This document shows, in pieces, positions 56,101 through 64,000 of a stretch of 64,000 nucleotides of DNA. The notes below the pieces were generated by a model. That model was not told the origin of the DNA. It saw only the letters and a program-made list of their open reading frames with translations, and ran no database searches. Both the position numbers and the translations under genes were made by a program. The first letter of the stretch is position 1; the number at the start of each line of letters is the position of its first letter. This stretch comes from Eledone cirrhosa (Eukaryota): assembly GCA_964016885.1 (NCBI GenBank), contig OZ024749.1, forward strand, positions 29,450,001 to 29,514,000. The letters are read 5' to 3'.

Positions 56101-59048
56101 TCTCTGTCTGCTGAGGCATTTTTGCCCATCACTGTCTTTGACAGTATTTAGCTGTTTTAACGGCTGTTCTAGCGATAAGTTTTCTCGTATTTACATGTAT
56201 ATAATCAAATGCACCCTTGCTTCGTCTCAATCAGAGACAACATTGTTTTAATTATATATATAAATAAAAATTCCAATTTTAATCATTAGTTTCTCAAAAT
56301 TAAATTTCTATAGAAAGATCCTCCTTCAGTAGCATGGGTGAGTGTTCCAGTTGTTCGATCAACAGAACAACTTGCCCATGAAATTAACATGCAAGTAGCT
56401 GATCATTCCACAGACACATTTGCCTTTAATGTAATGATCATGAATTCAAGAGTCTTTGGAGTAACTGTACTCAATAGGGTGCATAGCTCGGAGATCAGGG
56501 AGTAGTTCAGGTAGAGTTGCTACTTTTCTGAATTGAGAGATCACAGCTCCCATACTACGGACATGTGGTTAGAATGTCTCAGGAAAGAATCGCTGGACAG
56601 ATTTTACAGGCAAAGTCAACTAGCAGGGTATCCAGAGGTAGACTACGAGCAATATAGTTAGATAACATCCATGAGCTTGGTTGGTCTGTTTTGGGGATCC
56701 AACCTGATCAATTGGAGACGGTTGCTTCTAATAGGATCCTCTGGGAGGCATGCCAGAGAACTCTGCTCTCACAAACCTCCCAGGACTATGTGGGCGAAGA
56801 AGAAGATACTTTATTTTTTGGAATATACGGCACACCCTTGTTTTGAAATAGAAATGTTTTGGTTTAAAAATTAACATACAGCTATACTTATTTCTACACA
56901 GCTTGCATATACATATGTAATTTTACTATCATATTCTTATCTTCGGTATTTAGGATGCAAGCAGGTTTTGACATTGAATTTTCATGTTAATTTTATAATA
57001 CAGAAACATATATTAGTTAATCAGTCAGTAAATTAATTGGTTCTTTAGTCACAGCCTGTGACCTTATTGATAACTGTCCCCTTCTATACCTCCTCCTTAT
57101 TTACATTTACACTACTTTAAATCTTTTGATACAATCTCACTCAAAACACCCTCTGTCTCTATGAAACAAAACACTCCATTTAAAGATCTAAAGTCTAAAT
57201 TCTGTCTTGAGCCAGGAGGCTCATCTGGCTGGTGAAGTGACTGAGAGTACAAGACTCCTCACTGGACAGGATGCAAGTCCATTGCAGGGTTGAAGTCAGT
57301 TTCGAGCCTGGAGGCTCATCTGGCTGGTGCATATCGTGGTTTCTGTTGTGTGAAGTGATTGGGAGTACAAGACTCCCCAATGGACAGGACGCCAGTCCAT
57401 CTCAAGGTTAAACCCCCAGCTATTGCTGGTACTCATTTTCAGCTGAGTATGTGAAATGAAGTATTTTGCTCAAGAACACAACACACAACCCAGGAATCAA
57501 ATCCATGACAATAAGATTGTGAGTCCAACACACATACCATTAGGCCATGCAGTTCCTTTTAAAGGGTTCCTATTTAAATTTAAACCTTGCCACATAATTT
57601 TATCTCAGAACATTTTTCTATGTTACAAACGATATCTTAATGAAACAATCATTTTAGTAACTCCCTCCAAATTGTTCATAAATTGATTAAAATAACAAGT
57701 ACTTAATTATTAGAAATATGGTAAAGAAAGGGTTGATATAAATTCCTTATTTTCTTTCTATTTATTTCACCAGAAACGTCCCCCAGACAATGGTTTCTAT
57801 GTCAAAACAGCCCACAAAAACCCTAAAAAGACGAAATGGTGGTATCATGGTAAGTTGCTAAAAACATGAAAAAAAAAATATTTGAAATTATTTTTTAACA
57901 CTTTTACAAGTTATTTTGCCAATATTTATTATTGTTAATTTGTTGAAAGATGGGTAAGAGAGTCAAGCATGGCCCAAGTGAATAGGCCTGCTCTGAGTAT
58001 ATGCCTGTAGATTGGAGGTGGAAAACTGGGAGAGGGTACTTGCCCTGGTGGTCAGGGTCACTATGGCTTTTTGTGGGCTTTCTCCATGAGTGACCCTCAG
58101 AAGTCTCCCTCCTATTGGGGAATTTTCCTTTGTTTCATTTTTTTGTTACATTCTTTGTTTTTGTTTTATGTATGTGTTTTTTACATGCAGAAACACTCGT
58201 TTGTACCGCTCTGTACTACCCTTAATGTTATACTTTGTGTTAACCCTTGTATTTAATAAAGAAAATTATAATATAAGGGCGGTGGATTGGCAGTATCGAT
58301 AGTGTCCGACAACATACTTCATGGCATAGAGTTATTGCCCTTTACGTTCTGAGTTCAAATCCTGCTTTTCATCTTTGGGGTCGATAAAATAAAGTACCAG
58401 TAATACACTGGGGTCGATTTAATTGACTTTCTCCTCCCCTTCAAATTACTGGCCTCGTGCCTGAAGTAGAAACAATTATTATTATTATAATATAAGGGCG
58501 ATGGATTGGCAGTATCGGTAGAGTGTCGGACATGCTTTGCAGCATATAATTACGGCCCTTTACGTTCTTAGTTCAAATCCCTCTGAGGTTAGCTTTGCCT
58601 TTACATCTACAATATGAAGGCACTTTACAACTACAATATGATGGCACTCTTGTACTTTAACATTCCTAATGGAATGTCTTATTGTGTTCCACAATATGAG
58701 GTACTCTTGTACTTTAATGTCCCTAATGAAATATATTGTTTTCCACAATATGATGGCACTCTTGTATTTTAACGTCCCTAATGGAATGTCTTATTGTGTT
58801 CCACAATATGAGGTACTCTTGTACTTTAATGTCCCTAATGAAATATATTGTTTTCCACAATATGATGGCACTCTTGTATTTTAACGTCCCTAATGGAATG
58901 TCTTATTGTGTTCCACAATATGAGGTACTCTTGTACTTTAATGTCCCTAATGAAATATATTGTTTTCCACAATATGATGGCACTCTTGTATTTTAACGTC
59001 CCTAATGGAATGTCTTATTTTCTTTCATTTTCAGATGATACAGTATGA
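24142..59048 (+). CDS. UBE2W: Ubiquitin-conjugating enzyme E2 W, complete: join(24142-24165,53708-53799,54848-54950,55336-55491,57774-57849,59035-59048)
   Basis: Spliced product MSSMASMEKRLQKELQSLTKDPPPGLCVDIKSIAKSMSEWIVDLDGASGTLYGGESFKLCFKFGPRYPFESPQVTFIGNNIPVHPHVYSNGHICLSILSDDWSPALSVQSICLSIMSMLSSCREKKRPPDNGFYVKTAHKNPKKTKWWYHDDTV*. HPH (not HPN), NGHICL and the WWYHDD terminus are UBE2W hallmarks. Confidence 0.95.
25600..26460. repeat. Degenerate tandem repeat, unit about 45 bp
   Basis: acaatatacactcgtttatttgtctatacattatagttatatatag-like units, interrupted by a SINE fragment. Confidence 0.8.
26878..26920 (-). ncRNA. Minimal type-I hammerhead ribozyme motif (mirror copy)
   Basis: Exact reverse complement of 27067-27109. 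Confidence 0.75.
27067..27109 (+). ncRNA. Minimal type-I hammerhead ribozyme motif (Penelope-like)
   Basis: GTCA-CTGAAGA-G-GTCACA gaatg TGTGAC-GAAA-G aa C-TT-TGAC: intact core, 6-bp stem II, 4-bp stem I, rudimentary stem III. Confidence 0.75.
31046..31232 (+). mobile_element. tRNA-derived SINE family A (about 185 bp). Other copies near 2633-2815, 2853-3031, 4703-5460 (cluster), 6742-7180, 13733-13842, 21271-21652 (x2), 25694-25800, 29035-29195, 36052-36242, 36716-37098 (x2), 49085-49169, 52205-52392, 58277-58600, 60595-60830
   Basis: A box TGGCAGTATCGG, B box GAGTTCAAATCC, conserved body gcctttcatccttacggggtcgataaaataaagtacc, tail agaaacaatta; TSD attattgtataatata. Confidence 0.85.
34339..34660 (-). 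mobile_element. RTE-clade LINE 3' fragment
   Basis: ELRKKLEIRGIRCCLLERRLRWYGHVMRMKDDSCITKC...GRPRKTWDELINSDL...DRDLWR. Confidence 0.8.
36251..37190 (-). mobile_element. Non-autonomous Helitron, second copy (carries two tandem SINEs)
   Basis: Reverse-complement homology to 53943-54750 over its length; TC start at 37190, hairpin plus CTAG end at 36251. Confidence 0.78.
37439..38498. repeat. 86-bp tandem repeat, about 12 copies
   Basis: Unit agatggcactgttatgaggagggacaggccagttgggcaccctgaacccatttcacaatgtaaccatagttttggagcctggtact. Confidence 0.95.
43360..44410. repeat. Trinucleotide low-complexity tracts (AGC/AAC, then ACC/ATC/ACT)
   Basis: Direct inspection. Confidence 0.85.
46789..46850 (+). 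mobile_element. Retrotransposon RNase H relic
   Basis: WIPGHIDI / frameshift / GNTKADELAK matches the WxPxHxxIxGNExADxLAK motif. Confidence 0.65.
49171..50086. repeat. 48-bp SINE-internal minisatellite, about 19 copies
   Basis: Unit gtatagtggttgtgtaggtgtcatgacaaaaagtacccagcacacact running into a family-B SINE 3' end. Confidence 0.95.
50800..51270. repeat. Pyrimidine-rich degenerate repeat (cccaccacaa(a/g)ct...)
   Basis: Direct inspection. Confidence 0.8.
53708..53799 (+). CDS. UBE2W: UBE2W exon 2 (92 nt)
   Basis: KRLQKELQSLTKDPPPGLCVDIKSIAKSMS; ttcag / gtaagt. Confidence 0.95.
53943..54750 (+). mobile_element. Non-autonomous Helitron (carries a SINE fragment at about 54113-54340)
   Basis: A|TC 5' end, 3' hairpin GCTAGCAGAAAACCACCTGAAGGGTGGTTTTTCTGCTAG ending in CTAG|T, no TSD; homologous copy at 36251-37190. 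Confidence 0.8.
54848..54950 (+). CDS. UBE2W: UBE2W exon 3 (103 nt)
   Basis: WIVDLDGASGTLYGGESFKLCFKFGPRYPFESPQ; ttcag / gtaggt. Confidence 0.96.
55336..55491 (+). CDS. UBE2W: UBE2W exon 4 (156 nt, catalytic Cys)
   Basis: VTFIGNNIPVHPHVYSNGHICLSILSDDWSPALSVQSICLSIMSMLSSCREK; tgcag / gtaacc. Confidence 0.97.
56460..56805 (+). mobile_element. RTE-clade LINE 3' end
   Basis: Same family as 320-600, 22484-22818, 31855-31985 and 55617-55700; YYGHVVRMSQERI motif, GAAGAAGAAG tail. Confidence 0.75.
57774..57849 (+). CDS. UBE2W: UBE2W exon 5 (76 nt)
   Basis: KRPPDNGFYVKTAHKNPKKTKWWYH; ccag / gtaagt. Confidence 0.96.
58634..59018. repeat. 112-bp higher-order repeat (two diverged subunits of about 56 bp), about 3.5 copies
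   Basis: Identical ORFs offset by 112 nt (58669 and 58781); alternating caatatgatggcactcttgta / caatatgaggtactcttgta subunits. Confidence 0.9.
59035..59048 (+). CDS. UBE2W: UBE2W last coding exon (DDTV*), followed by 3' UTR
   Basis: Polypyrimidine tract plus cag|AT GAT ACA GTA TGA; AATAAA candidates near 59288 and 59322. Confidence 0.9.
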
Positions 59049-59110
59049 AAGTGGATTACCATTGTTGTGTTACAAAAGCAGCATCTATTGGTGGCAGACA
59101 ATGATATATA

Positions 59111-59152
<42 letters not shown>

Positions 59153-61080
59153 CAATAATAATCTGGTTATGTTCCCCCAGACTTGAGTTATTATTACTAT
59201 CAATGATTCACACCTCCACCACAACAACAACACCACCACCATAACAACAATAACAAAAAAAAAAAAAGAAAAAAAAAGAAAAATCTAAATAAAAAAAAGT
59301 GAACTACAGAGCTGGTATGGTAATAAAGCACAGTTGAAGAAGAATTGTTATCCCCACCCCCTAGAGAGCATCATTTTCTTACCCCACCCTCCCTTTTCCT
59401 CCTCTTTACCCACTTTCACTTTTTTGTTTGTTTTTTTTAATTTTTTTTCTCCTTTGCTTTTTTATTCAATTTTAAAGCAAACAGTTTTTTAGTTATTTCA
59501 TGTCTTGCTTTGTTGAATCAATGGCATATTTCTTTCATAATTTATTCACCTAATTAGCATGTTTATTGTTAATAATAATAATATTAATAATTTAATTAAA
59601 CAAACTAAAATTCTTTCATACATCAAATTACTTCTATACAAAAAAAAAGGAAGAAAAAACCAAAAAAAAACCCTTCAAACTTACCACAATTCACCGAGCA
59701 CAATTTTAAAAATTAATTTTTCTCTTCAATTCCTAAAATTGGTCTTTTTTTTCTTTTCCTCTCCCAACCAAATCTTATGTGGAAGTGATAGCCAATATAA
59801 TATAGCGCTAAATTAAAGATTTAAAAGGGATGAAGGCCTCTGTTATCTAAGAGAGTTACGTTGGTGAGGATAACCTAACAAACTTATTTGAAATATATAA
59901 TATATATATATTGAACAATATCGAATGTTAGTCTAATATAATTAGTTTTAAACTAAGGATTTTATTAACTATAGCCAATCTAATTAGCATTAATTAATGA
60001 TTTAAGAATTTATACTCAATCTAGTTAGTATTAAATTAATGGTTTAATAAATTATACTCAATCTAATTAGTGTTAAACTAATGGTTTAAGAAATTATAGG
60101 TTATATAACTAGTATTAAACTAATGGCTTAATAAGTTATACCAGTCAGTATTACTATAATATTAAACTATTATAGTTTAATATTATAGTTATACTAAACT
60201 ATTATAGTTTAATATTATAGTTATGCTATAATATTAAACTAATGATTTAAGAAACTATAGTGAATCTAATAAGTATTGAATTAATGGTTTAATAACTTAT
60301 AGCTAATATTAGTATTAAGTTAATGATTTAATAATTTAAAGCTAATATAATTTGTATTAAACTAGTGGTTTAATAATTTGTAGCCAATATAATTAGTATT
60401 AAGTTAATGATTAAAGAAATCTAATTAGTATAAAATGGCCTAACATGGTGTAAATATTTGTAGGGCAGTATATATTGTTATTCTGTAAATTATATGAGAT
60501 ATAATTAGTATTAAACCACTGGGTTAAGAAAGATGGGTTAGGGGTACCTCTGTTATTTTAGAGTGTTTTATGAGGACCTAACGTAGTGCAGCATATTGGC
60601 AGTATTGGTAGAGCGTCAGACAAAATGTTTTGTGACATTTAGTTTAAGATTTTTCTGGTTTCATTTGAAATCCTGCCGAGGTCAACTTTGCCTTTCATCC
60701 TTTCAGTGGTCGATAAAATGAAGTACCAGTCAAATACTGGGGGTTGATTTAATCGACTTTCTCATCCGCCTCCCCTTCTTCATTCCCATTTCTCCAAATT
60801 ACTAGCCTTGTGTCTTAATTAGAAATTATCACAATTACCTAACATGAATTTTTGATATATATATATATATAGATATATAGATCTCAAGTTAAATTGGGCG
60901 TAACCACAGTAAATAAGGTACTCAATACATTAGTAGTGTGTGAACATAATTATTTAATATAGAAATGGCTTTGACAGGACTAGAACTGTTTCATTCATAC
61001 AAAATAATCAGGAATGCCCTATGATTTCATAAAAATGAAATATTTCTATTCCTGTAGAAGCCATTTCTATATTAAATAAT

Positions 61081-61088
61081 TATATATG

Positions 61089-61134
<46 letters not shown>

Positions 61135-62900
61135 TGTATGTGTGTAGTTATTTATGTGTATATATATGTATGTGTATATATATATATGAATGTGTATATA
61201 TATATATGAATGTGCATATATATGAATGTGCATATATATGTATGTGTATATATATATATGAATGTGCATATATATGTATGTATATGTATATATATGTTTG
61301 TATATGTATATATGAATGTGCATATATATGTATGTATATATATATGTTTGTATATATGTATGTATATATGAATGTGCATATATATGTATGTATATATATA
61401 TATGTGTTTGTATATATGTATGTATATATATATATATGTTTGTATATATGTATGTATATATATATATGTTTGTATATATGTATGTGTATATATATATATA
61501 TATATATATGTTTGTATGTATGTATGTATATATATATATGTTTGTATATATGTATGTGTATATATATATATATATATATATGTTTGTATGTATGTATGTA
61601 TATATATATATATGTTTGTATGTATGTATATATATATATGTTTGTATGTATATATATATATGTTTGTATGTATGTATATATATATATGTTTGTATGTATG
61701 TATATATGTTTGTATGTATATATATATATGTTTGTATGTATGTATATATATATATGTTTGTATGTATATATATATGTTTGTATGTATGTATGTATATATA
61801 TGTTTGTATGTATGTATGTATGTATATATATGTATGTATGTATATATATGTTTGTATGTATGTATGTATATATATATATATGTTTGTATGTATGTATGTA
61901 TATATATATATGTTTGTATGTATGTATGTATATATATATATGTTTGTATGTATGTATGTATATATATATATGTTTGTATGTATGTATATATATATATATA
62001 TATGTTTGTATGTATGTATATATATATATATGTTTGTATGTATGTATGTATATATATATATATGTTTGTATGTATGTATATATATATATATGTTTGTATG
62101 TATGTATATATATATATATGTTTGTATGTATGTATATATATATATATATGTTTGTATGTATGTATATATATATATATGTTTGTATGTATGTATATATATA
62201 TATATGTTTGTATGTATGTATATATATATATATGTTTGTATGTATGTATATATATATATATGTTTGTATGTATGTATATATATATATATGTTTGTATGTA
62301 TGTATATATATATATATGTTTGTATGTATGTATATATATATATATGTTTGTATGTATGTATGTATATATATATATATGTTTGTATGTATATATATATATA
62401 TGTTTGTATGTATGTATATATATATATGTTTGTATGTATGTATATATATATATGTTTGTATGTATGTATATATATATATATGTTTGTATGTATGTATATA
62501 TATATATGTTTGTATGTATGTATATATATATATATGTTTGTATGTATGTATATATATATATATGTTTGTATGTATGTATATATATATATATGTTTGTATG
62601 TATGTATATATATATATGTTTGTATGTATGTATATATATATATGTTTGTATGTATGTATATATATATATATATGTTTGTATGTATATATATATATGTTTG
62701 TATGTATGTATGTATATATATATATATATGTTTGTATGTATGTATGTATATATATATATATATGTTTGTATGTATGTATATATATATATGTTTGTATGTA
62801 TGTATATATATATATGTTTGTATGTATGTATATATATATATGTTTGTATGTATGTATATATATATATGTTTGTATGTATGTATGTATATATATATGTTTG

Positions 62901-62946
<46 letters not shown>

Positions 62947-62952
62947 TGTATG

Positions 62953-62992
<40 letters not shown>

Positions 62993-63187
62993 TGTATGTA
63001 TATATATATGTATGTATATATATATATGTATGTATATATATATGTATGTATATATATATGTATGTATGTATATATATGTATGATATATATATATATGTAT
63101 GTATATATATATATGTATGTATATATATATGTATGTATATATATATGTGTATATATATATGTATATATATATATGTATGTATGTATG

Positions 63188-63220
<33 letters not shown>

Positions 63221-63277
63221 ATATATATGTATGTATGTATATATATATATGTATGTATGTATATATATATATGTATG

Positions 63278-63364
<87 letters not shown>

Positions 63365-63618
63365 GTATGTGTATGTATATGTATGTGTATGTATATATAT
63401 GTATGTATATATATGTTTGTATGTATATGTTTGTAAATGTATGTATATGTATATATATGTTTGTAAATGTATGTATATGTATATATATGTTTGTAAATGT
63501 ATGTATATGTATATATATGTTTGTAAATGTATGTATATATATATATATATATGTGTATATATGTATATGTATGTGTGTGTGTATATATAAATAAATATAT
63601 ATATATATATATATATAG
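61081..63618. repeat. Compound (TA)n/(TATG)n satellite of about 2.5 kb with periodic GTTTG interruptions
   Basis: Direct inspection; source of the spurious 665-740 aa ORFs. Confidence 0.95.
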
Positions 63619-64000
63619 GACAGTTTCTAATGTTAGAATCTGGAATTTACACCACCACCCAGCCCCAGATAATTAGCATTAAGAAACGGGGGAAGGCTCT
63701 ATTGTTTAAGAGCATTAGGGTGCTGATTAGCTAATTAACGACCATTAAATATTTGAAATATATTTATTTAGATGAATTAAATATTAGCTTTGTTTTTAAG
63801 TTCAATGATATTTTGGTAACAAGACATTTTCCTCTCTTCTAGAATAATCTATCTTATTTTTTTGTTTTGTTTCCAAAATAATCTCATTCCCAAGTGAAAT
63901 GACTTGATTTTATTTTTGCTGTTTTTTTTTTTGTTTGTTTGTTTTGTTGAATGAAAGAAAATAAAATTGATGTCAAATGTTAAAACTAAGATATTGACAG

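Noticed and set aside
61086-63594. 665-740 aa ORFs
   Set aside because: Translations of a TA/TATG satellite with no stop codons by composition.

Overview
AT-rich, microsatellite- and SINE-dense animal genomic DNA; the repeat families suggest an octopod cephalopod (inference). Two conserved spliced genes lie head-to-head. CDK8/19 (Mediator kinase) is on the minus strand with 11 coding exons from 16473 down to about 1168, and its 3' end lies off the left edge. UBE2W (N-terminus-ubiquitinating E2) is on the plus strand and complete, with 6 coding exons from 24142 to 59048 and a first intron of about 29.5 kb. Nearly all long ORFs in the supplied track are repeat artefacts. The introns hold two tRNA-derived SINE families, RTE, CRE-like and RNase H LINE relics, TTAA and Tc1-type MITEs, two non-autonomous Helitrons, and several minisatellites whose monomers trace to these elements. 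The most notable signal is a set of short elements, mostly palindromic and embedded in (TA)n, that carry minimal type-I hammerhead ribozyme motifs. One is a near-perfect 527-bp palindrome with a hammerhead motif on each strand (26724-27250), which has a centrally deleted sibling (20556-20727). These probably derive from Penelope-like retroelements. All calls were made by eye, with no searches or folding programs run.
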